Source: Anthoceros angustus (lineage: Eukaryota; Plantae; Anthocerotophyta). From it: 64,000 nucleotides of DNA. The first letter of the stretch is position 1. Each line of letters begins with the position of its first letter. The position numbers and the translations under genes were made by a program. Location: contig MU008174.1 of NCBI GenBank assembly GCA_010909165.1, forward strand, positions 992,001 to 1,056,000. Reading direction: 5' to 3'. The notes beneath the pieces were generated by a model that was not told the DNA's origin, searched no databases, and saw nothing but the letters and a program-made list of their open reading frames with translations. Shown piece after piece: positions 1 to 13,379 of this stretch.

Positions 1-1328
1 GGGGACCCCTCTCGCCTCGGCCTCGCCCGATCCGAGCGATTTTCCCCACAACCTCCACCTCACTCACCGCCTGAGTTTCCTCGCGCCTTCCCGCGGACGT
101 TGCGCGCCTGTGACCTCTATGTCCATTGTCCCGCCTCCTCCTGGACAACCATACCGTGCTCCTCCTCATTTGGACAACCATCATGTGCTCCTCCCTCCAT
201 GCTCGCCTCGCTCATCTCTTCCAAAGACCACTTATGGAGGATAGGCGCCCGCTCCTACTCAAGGAACCATCGTAAACGCCTGTGGCGGTCAAGATGTCTG
301 ACCCGGTGGTTTACGCCCCTCTGTCCCAACAACCACATACACGCTTAGAGTGAGCACCGCTCACCATGCGTGTGGCTGTGACATGAGCATCCTCATCCGG
401 ACGCCGTAGCACAATACGCCTTCGATACACGGAAGTTCACACGAAATCGTCTTTGAGAGACACCCAAAGGGTCTCTTATACATCTGGCGTGGTCCAACAC
501 GGCTCACTTCTCTTTAGTGTCTAAAATTGTAGCTCCTACCACGGCGCCTTACCAATCTAAGCAACATGACTCTCGGTGATGGAACTCCCTATCCTCGCTC
601 GAAAAGGAAACCCCGGTCCTAGGCTATCGCGACTCCCTAAAATCAGCGCTGCCGCCTCCTCCTCGCCTCGCCCCTCGGCCCATGGGGACCCCTCTCGCTC
701 TTGACCTCGCCTCGATCCGGCGATTTTCCCCACAACCTCCACCTCACTCTCCTTTGAATTTCCTCGCGCCTTCCAGCGGACGTTGCGCTGTGACCTCTAT
801 GTCCATTGTCCGCTCCTCCTCATTTGGACAACCATCATGTGCTCCTCCCTCCATGCTCGCTGCGCCTCGCTCATCTCTTCCGGCACCACTTGCGGAGGAT
901 AGGCGCCCGCTCCTACTCGAAGGAACCAGCAGTAGCGCTTTGTGGCGGTCAAGATGTCTGACCCGGTGGTTTACGCCCCTCTGTCCCAACAACCACATAC
1001 ACGTTTAGAGTGAGCACCGCTCACCATGCGACGGCGAGGACATGAGCATCCTCATCCGGACGCCGTAACTGTCCGCCCGATCTGAGGTCCTTACCCTCTC
1101 CTCCCGTGGACAATCTCGGGCCGCTGCTGATTCTCGGAGATCTGCCCTCCATCTGCGACACTGCTTGGTGACTTCCCCACCTCGCCTCGCCTCGCTCCAC
1201 GACGGTGGTTGGTTTAGCCACCGTGGTGGTTGCTTCCACGGTGGTTGCTTGGCTCGGTCACGGTGTCTACCATAGCACGGCAATTGACTATGTCCTTCAC
1301 TACCGGAGCTTGCTCAATCCGTGACACA

Positions 1329-1652
1329 AGCTATGACCTTCTATGTGTATGTTAGATAGGCTGCTAGGCTTAGTGTGCTAAGCGATGCCAGGTGATGCTA
1401 GGTGATGCTAGGCGCACTACGCAGTGTGCTAAGCGATGCTAGGTGATGCTAGGCGATGCTAGGCCGCACTACGCTTAGTGTGCTAAGCGATGCTAGGTGA
1501 TGCTAGGCGATGCTAGGCCGCACTAGGCTTAGTGTGCTAGGCGATGCAACGCTAGCTCTTTAAGCAAGTAGGCAAGGGACCCTCTAAAGTGTGCCCAAGG
1601 CTTGAGACCAAGAGAAGGGGATTCAAGTCCAAGGAGAGGAGGAGAAGAAGCC
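1329..1652 (+). mobile_element. Fragment of the LTR-like repeat family found at 16250 and 17672 (3' part plus downstream leader)
   Basis: caagctatgaccttct...gctagctctttaagcaagtaggcaagggaccctctaaagtgtgcccaaggcttgagaccaagag matches ~16868-17060 and ~18286-18490. Confidence 0.75.
1342..1550 (+). repeat. Tandem repeat: 10-bp gctagg(t/c)gat units nested in ~45-50-bp higher-order units
   Basis: Directly visible; longer than the equivalent tract in the LTR-like copies at ~16905-16975 and ~18320-18390. Confidence 0.85.
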
Positions 1653-2101
1653 TGTGGAATGGGTTTTTGCATCCGAAGACGCAAAGAGGCCACATTTACC
1701 CTCTATGTCGTTATAGTCCTAGGATTCGATCCCAAGGGAATGGTGTTGTGTCAAGGTGTTCTGAATCTATGGATTCTAGACCTACCCGTCGCTCACTACC
1801 CCACCTTCTCCACCACCCAAACCCACCACCGTGGTAGACTCGGCCACCGTGGTGGTTGCTTCCACGGTGGTTGCTTCCCCACCTCGCCTCGGCCTTCGCG
1901 AGTCTATTCACACCGGCTTCTCACGGACCTAGGGGCTATGGGCATACGGACACCTATATCGCCTCACTTTACTGGAATTTCGCGATTCCACGCTTCCACT
2001 CCTCTTACGCATTTCGATTTTCCCTCACTCTCACAATCCCTCGGTAGCACTCATCTACCCTCAGGAACCTTTCCCTTCCAATGAACTCTCCCTCGTCTCA
2101 C

Positions 2102-2160
2102 GGGCCACAGACCCCTCCTCCTTGGGCCACAGACCCCTCCTTGGGCCACAGACCCCTCTC
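2102..2160 (+). repeat. Three tandem 19-22-bp units gggccacagacccctcc(tcc)tt
   Basis: Directly visible. Confidence 0.8.
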
Positions 2161-5100
2161 TCATGGAATGAACACACAGTGGCGGCGGTTGGAAAAGAGG
2201 ATCGGGAAGAAAACCCCGGTCGGTGCTTGGGCGATTCGCCTTCGGCGATTCCGCCTCGGCCTTCGCGGCAATTCCTACCTCTTTTTCGGCGCCTTACCTT
2301 CAGTGGAGCTTGGCCACTCCGCTCTCGACCATCCGAGATCTTCCGGCCTTCTTGTGACGAAGGCGGTGCGCGAACCCGTTTGATCTTGACGGGCGTCTCC
2401 AATCAACCCCACACGAAGGTTCGATACGGAAGTTCACACGAAATCGTCGCCTTTGAGAGACACCCAAAGGGTCTCTTATACATCCGGCCGTGGTCCAACA
2501 CGGCTCACTTCTCTTTAGTGTCTAAAATTGTAGCTCCTACCACGGCGCCTTACCAATCTAAGCAACATGACTCTGGTGATGGAACTCCCTATCCTCGCTT
2601 TGAAAAACCCCGGTCCTAGGCTATCGCGACTCCCTAAAATCAGCTGCCGCCTCGCGATTCTTTGCCTCGCCCCTCGGCCCATGGGGACCCCTCTCGCTCT
2701 TGACCTCGCCTCGCCCGATCCGAGCGATTTTCCCCACAACCTCCACCTCACTCTCCTTTGAGTTTCCTCGCGCCTTCCCGCGGACGTTGCGCTGTGACCT
2801 CTATGTCCATTGTCCGCTCCTCCTCATTTGGACAACCATACTGTGCTCCTCCCTCCATGCTCGCTGCGCCTCGCTCATCTCTTCCGGCACCACTTGCGGA
2901 GGATGGCGCCCGCTCCTACTCGAAGGAACCAGCAGTAGCGCTTTGTGGCGGTCAAGATGTCTGACCCGGTGGTTTACGCCCCTCTGTCCCAACAACCACA
3001 TACACGTTTAGAGTGAGCACCGCTCACCATGCGAGCGGCTGTGACATGAGCATCCTCATCCGGACGCCGTAGCACAATACGCCTTCGATACGGAAGTTCA
3101 CACACGAAATCGTCTTTGAGAGACACCCAAAGGGTCTCTTATACATCCGGCCGTGGTCCAACACGGCTCACTTCTCTTTAGTGTCTAAAATTGTAGCTCC
3201 TACCACGGCGCCTTACCAATCTAAGCAACATGACTCTGGTGATGGAACTCCCTATCCTCTGAAAAACCCCGGTCCTAGGCTATCGCGACTCCCTAAAATC
3301 AGCTGCCGCCTCGCGATTCTTTGCCTCGCCTCGGCCCATGGGGACCCCTCTCGCTCTTGACCTCGCCTCGATCCGGCGATTTTCCCCACAACCTCCACCT
3401 CACTCTCCACATTTCCTCGCGCCTTCCCCGCGGACGTTGCGCGCCTGTGACCTCTATGTCCATTGTCCGCTCCTCCTCATTTGGACAACCATCATGTGCT
3501 CCTCCCTCCATGCTCGGCCGCCTCGCTCATCTCTTCCGGCACCACTTGCGGAGGATAGGCGCCCGCTCCTACTCGAAGGAACCAGCAGTAGCGCTTTGTG
3601 GCGGTCAAGATGTCTGACCCGGTGGTTTACGCCCCTCTGTCCCAACAACCACATACACGTTTAGAGTGAGCACCGCTCACCATGCGGCGAAGCAGACATG
3701 AGCATCCTCATCCGGACGCCGTAACTGTCGCCTTCGTCTGAGGTCCTTACCTCTCCTCCCGTGGACAATCTCGGCCGCTGCTGATTCTCGGAGATCTGCC
3801 CTCCATCTGCGACACTGCTTGGTGACTTCCCCACCTCGCCTCGCTCCACGACGGTGGCTGGTTTAGCCACCGTGGTGGTTGCTTCCCCCACGGTGGTTGC
3901 TTCGGCTCCTGCGGTGGCTGTTGCTCGGCCTTTCTTCGGTTTGGCCACCTCTCTCTTGACTCTGGCCCTAGCTTCGTCTCTTTCCCGCTTGTACCTCTCC
4001 GCCAGCTTCTTGAATTTCTCCAAGGGCGCCATCGCTTCCACCTGCTCCTGGACTCGCGAGACCTCATCTTGAAGCTCTTCAATTGTAGCATGCGCCCCCT
4101 TGACCTGATTTACTAAGGCCTCCGAGTGGACATGTCCCTTAACCGCCTCCTGTGCCTTGCATAAGGCCGCTCAGACTCCTGCCTCGGCCCATGGGGACCC
4201 CTCTCGCTCTTGACCTCGCCTCGGCCTCGCCCGATCCGAGCGATTTTCCCCACAACCTCCACCTCACTCACCGCCTGAGTTTCCTCGCGCCTTCCAGCGG
4301 ACGTTGCGCTGTGACCTCTATGTCCATTGTCCGCTCCTCCTCATTTGGACAACCATACTGTGCTCCTCCCTCCATGCTCGCTGCGCCTCGCTCATCTCTT
4401 CCGGCACCACTTGCGGAGGATGGCGCCCGCTCCTACTCGAAGGAACCATCGTAAACGCCTGTGGCGGTCAAGATGTCTGACCCGGTGGTTTACGCCCCTC
4501 TGTCCCAACAACCACATACGTTTAGAGTGAGCACCGCTCACCATGCGAGCGAGGACATGAGCATCCTCATCCGGACGCCGTAACTGTCGCCTTCGTCTGA
4601 GGTCCTTACCCTCTCCTCCGTGGACAATCACAGGCGGTGCTGTTGATTCTCCAGAGATCTGCCCTCCATCTGCGACACTGCTTGGTGACTTCCCCACCTC
4701 GGTTCCCGTTCCACGGTGGCTGGTTTAGCCACCGTGGTGGTTGCTTCCACGGTGGTTGCTTGGCTCTGCGGTGGCTGTTGCTCGGCCTTCTTGGTTTGGC
4801 CACCTCTCTCTTGACTCGGCCCTAGCTTCGTCTCTTTTCCGCTTGTACCTCTCATGACTTCTTGAATTTCTCCAAGGCGCCATCGCCCACCGCCTCCTGG
4901 ACTCGAGACCTCATCTTGAAGCTCTTCAATTGTAGCATCGCCCCTTGACTGATTTACTAAGGCCTCCTGCCGAGTGGACATGTCCCTTAACCGCCTCCTG
5001 CCGAGTGGACATGTCCCTTAACCGCCTCCTCGCCTCCTCGCCTCGCGCCTTGCTCTCGCCTGTGCTTCCAACTTCTCCTTGAGCAACTTCTCCTGGCCTT

Positions 5101-8100
5101 GCACACTCACCAAGTGAGAGCCATGGTCGCTTGATCGAGGAGATCCGCCTCGTGCCATGGCCAAGTCAAACCTCGCAAATCCCCAAATTGGGCTGTCCCT
5201 TTGCCCATCCGCCTCCACAACAATTCTCGATGAGCGGTGTCTCCTATCCCCACCTCAGGACGGTTCGGTGAAATGTCGCCAAAATGTCCCGAGTCTGCGG
5301 TCCGGGTTAACCCTCCTCTCCTAGGGGTTGGTCCGCCAACGCCTTCCCCGCTTCATTCTCCCCTAGCGGCGATTCATCCTGCACTGGAGGGGAGCAACTT
5401 GCCATTTCCCTTTATTTTCTCCTCCTTACCTGCTCGCCGCTGCCTTCGACTGTGACCACAGGTGTGGCTGTGGGTTCCTCCTCCGCCTCCCTTTTTCGCC
5501 GACCCCTGCTCGACTGCCGCCTTCGCTTCTTACCCTTGGAAACTTCCCCACCCTCTTCCGAACCTTCCAGGAAGCGCACTCCCAATCACTGGAATCCTTG
5601 CCCGAATCCTCCTTCAATTCCTCCTCTTCTACCTTGAGTTCCCCGACCGGCTTCCAACCATGCAGTATGACATGCCTTCCAACTCCGTTAAACACCGGAA
5701 TGCGCAAATACATGAATTAAAAGGCGAAATCAAGGAGGGCCGAGGGAAGAAGAGAGTAAATTCGCCTTCTCCTCACAGGCTCTTTCGAAAATCATCCTCC
5801 CCAATCAATTTGTGTACCCTTGACCACCTCGTGAAGAAAACCAAGAAGTGATCCGCCATATGATCCAGCCTTCCGGCTCAGAGAAACACAAAATCCATTT
5901 GGCCAATCCCACCACAAGAACACGAGTTGGCGAGTCACCCACCCATTGTTCACTCTCACTTCCTGTGCTTCATGAGCGCGCACAGCCTTTCAAGGTCTTC
6001 TCACTGGGGTCAATCACCAAGCTCCCATCCTCCGATGCTTCTCGCCCATACACCGCCTCGAAGAGGGCCAAATCCCGCCTCGGCCTTCCTCGCACTGGAG
6101 GGGAGCAACTTGCCATTTCCCTTTATTTTCTCCTCCTTACCTCTCCGCCGCCGCCTTCGACTGTGACCCCGGTGTAGCTGTGGGTTCCTCCTCCGCCGCC
6201 GCCTCCCTTTTTCGCCGACCCCTGCTCGACTGCCGCCTTCGCTTACCCTTGGAAACTTCCCCACCCTCTTCCGAACCTTCCAGGAAGCGACTCCCAACTG
6301 GAATCCTTGCCCGAATCCTCCTTCAATTCCTCCTCTTCTACCTTGAGTTCCCCGACCGGCTTCCAACCATGCGGACACGCCTTCCAACTCTAAACACCCT
6401 AATGCGCAAATACATGAATCGAAAAGGCGAAATCAAGGAGGGCCGAGGGAAGAAGAGAGTAAATTCGCCTTCTCCTCATGTGCTCTTTCGAAAATCATCC
6501 TCCCCAATCAATTTGTGTACCCTTGACCACCTCGTGAAGAAAACCAAGAAGTGATCCGCCATATGATCCAGCCTTCCGGCTCAGAGGAAACACAAAATCC
6601 ATTTGGCCAATCCCACCACAAGCAGACACGAGTTGGCGAGTCACCCACCCATTGTTCACTCTCACTTCCTGTGCTTCATGAGCGTCACCGCAGCTTTCAA
6701 GGTCTTCACTGGGGTCAATCACCAAGCTCCCATCCTCCGATGCTTCGCCCATACACCGCCTCGAAGAGGGCCAAATCCCGCCTGCCTTCCTCGGCCACCC
6801 TCTTGCGACTTGGTCCTTAATTGCCGGGCGACTCTTGCACCAATGCAGGTCAGCACCATTTCTTCTCCATGAACTTGTGCCCAGCTCCCGCACCAGTCAC
6901 TTTCCGATGGTCCATGTTGGGCCACTGGTGGGATTTCGGCCAGGGCGCCATCGCCCACCGCCTCCTGACTCGCGAGACCTCATCCCAAGCTCTTCAATTG
7001 TAGCATGCGCCTTGACCTCGATTTACTAAGGCCGAGTGGACATGTCCCTTAACCGCCTCCCGTGCCTTGCATAAGGCCGCTCAGACTCCTGCCTCGGCCG
7101 CCTTGCTTTGCTCGCCTGTGCTTCCAACTTCTCCTTGAGCAACTTCTCCTGGCCTTGCACACTCACCAAGTGAGAGCCATGGTCGCTTGATCGAGGAGAT
7201 CCGTCGTGCCATGGTCAAGTCAAACCTCGCAAATCCCCAAATTGGCTGTCCCTTTGCCCATCCGCCTCCACAACAATTCTCAGGCGGTGTCTCCTATCCC
7301 CACCTCACCGGACGGTTCGGTGAAATGTCGCCAAAATGTCCCGAGTCTGCTATGTCTCGGCCACTGGTTAACCTCCTCTCCTAGGGGTTGGTCTCACACG
7401 CCTCTTCCCGCTTCATTCTCTAGCGGCGATTCATCCTCGCACTGAGGGGAGCAACTTGCCATTTCCCTTTATTTTCTCCTCCTTACCTGCTCGCCGCTGC
7501 CTTCGACTGTGACCACAGGTGTGGCTGTGGGTTCCTCCTCCGCCGCCTCCCTTTTTCGCCGACCCCTGCTCGACTGCCGCCTTCGCTTCTTACCCTTGGA
7601 AACTTCCCCACCCTCTTCCGAACCTTCCAGGAAGCGACTCCCAACTGGAATCCTTGCCCGAATCCTCCTTCAATTCCTCCTCTTCTACCTTGAGTTCCCC
7701 GACCGGCTTCCAACCATGCAGTATGACATGCCTTCCAACTCCGTAAACACCCTAATGCGCAAATACATGAATCGAAAAGGCGAAATCAAGGAGGGCCGAG
7801 GGAAGAAGAGAGTAAATTCGCCTTCTCCTCATGTGCTCTTTCGAAAATCATCCTCCCCAATCAATTTGTGTACCCTTGACCACCTCGTGAAGAAAACCAA
7901 GAAGTGATCCGCCATATGATCCAGCCTTCCGGCTCAGAGGAAACACAAAATCCATTTGGCCAATCCCACCACCAAGCAGACACGAGTTGGCGAGTCACCC
8001 ACCATTGTTCACTCTCACTTCCCTGTGCTTCATGAGCGTCACCGCATTTTCAAGGTCTTTCACTGGGGTCAATCACCAAGCTCCCATCTTCGATGCTTCT

Positions 8101-11100
8101 CGCCCATACACCGCCTCGAAGAGGGCCAAATCCCGCCTCATGGCCTTCCTCGGCCACCCTCTTGCGACTTGGTCCTTAATTGCCGGGCGACTCTTGCACC
8201 AATGCAGTCAGCACCATTTCTTCTCCATGAACTTGCCGCCTGATTTCTCTCCTCCGCCGCCCCTCACTTTCCGATGGTCCATGTTGGGCCACTGGTGGGA
8301 TTTCGGCCGCAGCGCCATCTCCTTCTCTCGTTGTTTCCCAAAACAAAACCTCGACTACCCCGCAGATCGTCAAGAGAAAAAAAATCGAAAGCCGCCTCGC
8401 CTCCTTCCACGCCTCGCGAACTTGCCGCCTGATTTCTCTCCTCCGCCGCCTTGCTCTCGCCTTCCTCCTCCGCCGCCCTTCCTCCCCGCATGAGACAGAT
8501 TTGGCTCAAGGCGTGTACGCGCCGCTCTTCTGTGCAGCCTCCGACCGCCTCCCGAAAGTCGCGACCTCGCGTGCCGGGGTGTTCTTCTCCCGCTTGCGCC
8601 CGACCGACTGTAGTCCCGCCTCCGACCGCCTCTCCGAAAGTCGCGACTCGCTGGTGCCTTCTCCCGCTTGCGCCCGACCGACTGTAGTCCCGCCCGCCAC
8701 TAGGGGTTGTAAATTCCTCCTCTTCTACCTTGAGTTCCCCGACCGGCTTCCAACCATGCAGTATGACATGCCTTCCAACTCTAAACACCCTAATGCGCAA
8801 ATACATGAATCAAAAGGCGAAATCAAGGAGGGCCGAGGAAGAAGAGAGTAAATTCGCCTTCTCCTCATGTGCTCTTTCGAAAATCATCCTCCCCAATCAA
8901 TTTGTGTACCCTTGACCACCTCGTGAAGAAAACCAAGAAGTGATCCGCCATATGATCCAGCCTTCCGGCTCAGAGGAAACACAAAATCCATTTGGCTAAT
9001 CCCACCACAGACACGAGTTGGCGAGTCACCCACCCATTGTTCACTCACTTCCCTGTGCTTCATGAGCGTCACCGCAATTTTCAAGGTCTTCTCACTGGGG
9101 TCAATCACCAAGCTCCCATCTTCCGATGCTTCGCCCATACACCGCCTCGAAGAGGGCCAAATCCCGCCTGCCTTCCTCGGCCACCCTCTTGCGACTTGGT
9201 CCTTAATTGCCGGGCGACTCTTGCACCAATGCAGTAATGTGAGCACCATTTCTTCTCCATGAACTTCAGCCCCTCCGCACTGTGCCGCCACCTCACTTCC
9301 AAAGGGTCCATGTTGGGCCACTGGTGGGATTTCACTGGGCGCCATCTCCTTCTCTCGTTGTTTCCCAAAACAAAACCTCGACTACCCCGCAGATCGTCAA
9401 GAGAAAAAAAATCGAGCCGCCCTCGCGCTCCTTCCACGCCTCGCGAACTTGCCGCCTGATTTCTCTCCTCCGCCGCCTCCCGACTGCCGCCGCCTTCCTC
9501 CCCGCAGACAACAGACAGATTTGGCTCAAGGTTACGGCCTCTTGCTGCAGCCCGCCTCCGACCGCCTCTCCGAAAGTCGCGACTCGCTGGTGCCTTCTCC
9601 CGCTTGCGCCCGACCGACTGTAGTCCCGCCCGCCACTAGGGGTTGTAAATTCTCGGTCTCAGACGTCCTGCTTCGCCACCGTGGTGGAACTAGCCACCAC
9701 CCCACTTGACTACTCAACTGGCATATTGTGAGCATCCCTAGCATATATAGACACCTTTTATTCTAAAATTCCCAATACCCAAGGACTCTATTTCTACCCC
9801 ACCCTCCGGGTCAAACCTAAGGGTCGAAAAATTATTATTATCTCCAAGGCGCCATCGCCCACCGCCTCCTGGACTCGCGAGACCTCATCTTGAAGCTCTT
9901 CAATTGTAGCATGCGCCCTTGACCTGATTTACTAAGGCCTCCTGCCGAGTGGACATGTCCCTTAACCGCCTCCTGTGCCTTGCATAAGGCCGCTCAGACT
10001 CCTGTCAAGGCCTCCGCCTTGCTCTCGCCTGTGCTTCCAACTTCTCCTTGAGCAACTTCTCCTGGCCTTGCACACTCACCAAGTGAGAGCCATGGTCGCT
10101 TGATCGAGGAGATCCGCTGTCATGCCATGGCCAAGTCAAACCCCGCAAATCCCCAAATTGGCTGTCCCTTTGCCCATCCGCCTCCACAACAATTGATGCG
10201 AGCGGTGTCTCCTATCCCCACCTCACCGGACGGTTCGGTGAAATGTCGCCAAAATGTCCCGAGTCTGCTATGTCTCGGCCTTAAGTTAACCCTCCTCTCC
10301 TAGGGGTTGGTCTCACACGCCTCTTCCCGCTTCATTCTCTAGCGGCGATTCATCCTCGCACTGGAGGGGAGCAACTTGCCATTTCCCTTTATTTTCTCCT
10401 CCTTACCTGCTCGCCGCTGCCTTCGACTGTGACCCCGGTGTAGCTGTGGGTTCCTCCTCCGCCGCCTCCCTTTTTCGCCGACCCCTGCTCGACTGCCGCC
10501 GCCTTCGCTTACCCTTGGAAACTTCCCCACCCTCTTCCGAACCTTCCAGGAAGCGCACTCCCAACTGGAATCCTTGCCCGAATCCTCCTTCAATTCCTCC
10601 TCTTCTACCTTGAGTTCCCCGACCGGCTTCCAACCATGCAGTATGGACATGCCTTCCAACTCCGCTAAACACCGGAATGCGCAAATACATGAATCAAAAG
10701 GCGAAATCAAGGAGGGCCGAGGGAAGAAGAGAGTAAATTCGCCTTCTCCTCGCTGTGCTCTTTCAAAATCATCCTCCCCAATCAATTTGTGTACCCTTGA
10801 CCACCTCGTGAAGAAAACCAAGAAGTGATCCGCCATATGATCCAGCCTCAGAGAAACACAAAATCCATTTGGCCAATCCCACCAGCAGACACGAGTTGGC
10901 GAGTCACCCACCATTGTTCACTCTCACTTCCTGTGCTTCATGAGCCTCAAGGTCTTTCACTGGGGTCAATCACCAAGCTCCCATCCTCCGATGCTTCGCC
11001 CATACACCGCCTCGAAGAGGGCCAAATCCCGCTCGGCCTTCCTCGGCCACCCTCTTGCGACTTGGTCCTTAATTGCCGGGCGACTCTTGCACCAATGCAG

Positions 11101-12120
11101 TGTAGCACCATTTCTTCTCCATGAACTTCAGCCCAGCCTCCGCACCAGCCACTCCTCACTTCCAAAGGGTCCATGTTGGGCCACTGGTGGGATTTCATGG
11201 CGCCATCTCCTTCTCGTTGTTTCCCAAAACAAAACCTCGACTACCCCGCAGATCGTCAAGAGAAAAAAAATCGAGCCGCCTCCTTCCACGCCTCGCGAAC
11301 TTGCCGCCTGATTTCTCTCCGCCGCCGCCTCCTCGCGAACTTGCCGCCGCCTTCCTCCCCGCATGAGACAGATTTGGCTCAAGGCGCGCGCCGCCTCTTG
11401 CTGCAGCCCGCCTCCGACCGCCTCCCGAAAGTCGCACGCGGCCGGGGGTGTGCCTTCTCCTCCGCCCGACCGACTGTAGTCCCGCCTCCGCCACTAGGGG
11501 TTGTACCCTCGGTCTCAGACGTCCTGCTTCGCCACCGTGGTGGAACTAGCCACCACCCCACTTGACTACACAACTGTGGCATATTGTGAGCATCCCTAGC
11601 ATATATAGACACCTTTTATTCTAAAATTCCCAATACCCAAGGACTCTATTTCTACCCCACCTCCGGGTCAAACCTAAGGGTCGAAAAATTATTATCTCCA
11701 AGGGCCAAGGACCATTCCGATAAAAGACCCGACTCAGACGATTCTCAAAGCACTCTGCTATTCTAACACATCCAAAACAAAAAAAATCGTTCACCCTGAC
11801 ACTTGGGAGCGGGGTTAGTGCACATGTGGTCTTCCACAAAGCCCAAGTCCAAGGAGAGGAGGAGAAGAAGCCAAGACCAAGGAGAGGAGGAGAAGAAGCC
11901 CAAAGTCCAAGGAGAGGAATGAGGCCTCCACAAGGGGGTTTGGCCTTTTAAGGCCAACCAACCAAGGGAGAAACAAGAGTATTTTACTCTTGGGCGCCGG
12001 ATTTCAAGGGATAAGGGAGGAGTGGATAGGCATGGGTATGTCATCAGTCCATTTGATTTCACTTTCTGTCCAAAACTCCTAATCGACCGCCTCCCATCCG
12101 ACACTAACCGCCTGGAGTGC

Positions 12121-13345
12121 ATGCCTGGACACACTCGATCCGGACGGAGCTACCAACCAGCAAGTCCATCGGAGCAAATTCGAAGTCCCGACCAAGAGAG
12201 AGAAGTACGAACACCTCGATTTTGGTACCAACGAAGGACGCGGAGGAACCCAGTGACCCAATCAACAATCTTTGAAGGATCTGTGAGTGGCAACACACAA
12301 GACACGTTGGGCCGCCAGACAACTCGGCAGCATAATGAGGAGGACTTGTCTCTAGGAGTCGCCAAGATGGGAGGAGACAAGGTTCGAATGGAGTTGTTCA
12401 CAGACGGCGGGCACCTTGCCACCGGAGGACTTCATCGAGAAGTACGGTGCGGTGTGTGTGGAGATGGAATTGAAGATCGATACACGAAGCGATACGGCCA
12501 TCCAATGTCAAGTACTTGGGGATGAAGCATTAGCATATCGAGAGTACAAGGCAAGGTAGTTGAGCGGCACATTTGGAGGACTAGTGAGTAGCGTCGAGTT
12601 CAAGGAACCAAAGGCACGGAGCGTGTCACCAAGTGGGCACGATCCCATCAAGAGATGTTTGACATCTTCCTACCGGAGTTTCCTGCAAGCACGGATGAGA
12701 AGATCTCGAGTGACACACTTCAAATGAAGTCGCAAGATGCCAAGATGGCTTATCAAGAATCGACCATTTGGTATGTGACACCAAGATCATGAGTGACCGA
12801 TCGTCAGAGAAGTACTTGCATGCATTGCCATATCGCATGAAGGTGCAACAAGCGTGCACGAAGGGGCAACACTACACCCTCAAGGAAGTGTACGAGATGG
12901 CGATAACATAGGGCCCACGACACTTTCTCTCGTGGCAAGTGATTACCCGAGCACAAGTAGGAGTGGTGGACGACATGACCGACGTGGAGGTCGAGTGAGG
13001 AGCTCGGCGAGACAAGCCACCCCACAGAGCCCAAGTGACGAGCCCCTGCGTGAGGTGCCGAGGGACGGACCATTCCCCTCATGAGTGCGAGCATGCATCT
13101 GGAGGAGTCAAGGGTGAGGAGCATGCCCCGCCGTGGGAGATATGGGCACAATGAAGTGGCTTGTTGGGAGAAGCATCCGAATTGCGGCCTACGGGTTATC
13201 GAGTAGCAACCCGGCCAATGCATCTGCGTCAACCTCATCCACAAAATCAAGAAGAGCAAAGGCGCCATGGAGGAGGCAGAAGTCCCGTGGACAAAAGAAA
13301 GTCGTGTTGTTCATTGGTTTGCACCTATATATCTGCGTATTAGAT
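12121..13345 (+). pseudogene. Frameshifted retrotransposon gag (copy 1)
   Basis: Starts MPGHTRSGRSYQPASPS. Capsid-like stretch (ELFTG..PPEDFIEKY..FIQCQVLGDEALAYREYKAR) recoverable across frameshifts using copy 2. Decayed CCHC knuckle ..RYGHNEVACWEKHP at ~13120-13190. No pol follows. Confidence 0.72.
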
Positions 13346-13379
13346 TTGTTTGCTTGGTTGTTGGTCGAGGAAGTGCTCA

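Larger units (their letters stand above)
1..11820 (-). mobile_element. Shuffled mosaic of repeat modules from a retroelement-like family with a decayed minus-strand ORF (charged/coiled-coil); possibly the antisense accessory-ORF region of a Tat/Retand-type Ty3/gypsy element
   Basis: Same blocks recur in variable order. Block A at 1, 684, 2682, 3338, 4192; block E at ~5230, 6080, 7290, 8710, 10200; block F at ~8310, 9340, 11200. Minus-strand fragments such as LQDEVS..EAMAPLEKFKKLAERYKRERDEARARVK and QEKLLKEKLEAQARA recur with different frameshifts. Purine tract gggagcgggg followed by TG at 11804-11820. No RT or integrase seen, so the lineage assignment is inference. Confidence 0.55.

Noticed and set aside
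100-11612. The many 60-190-aa ORFs in the first 11.6 kb as separate genes
   Set aside because: They are alternative frames of the same repeated modules, broken at different indels in each copy.
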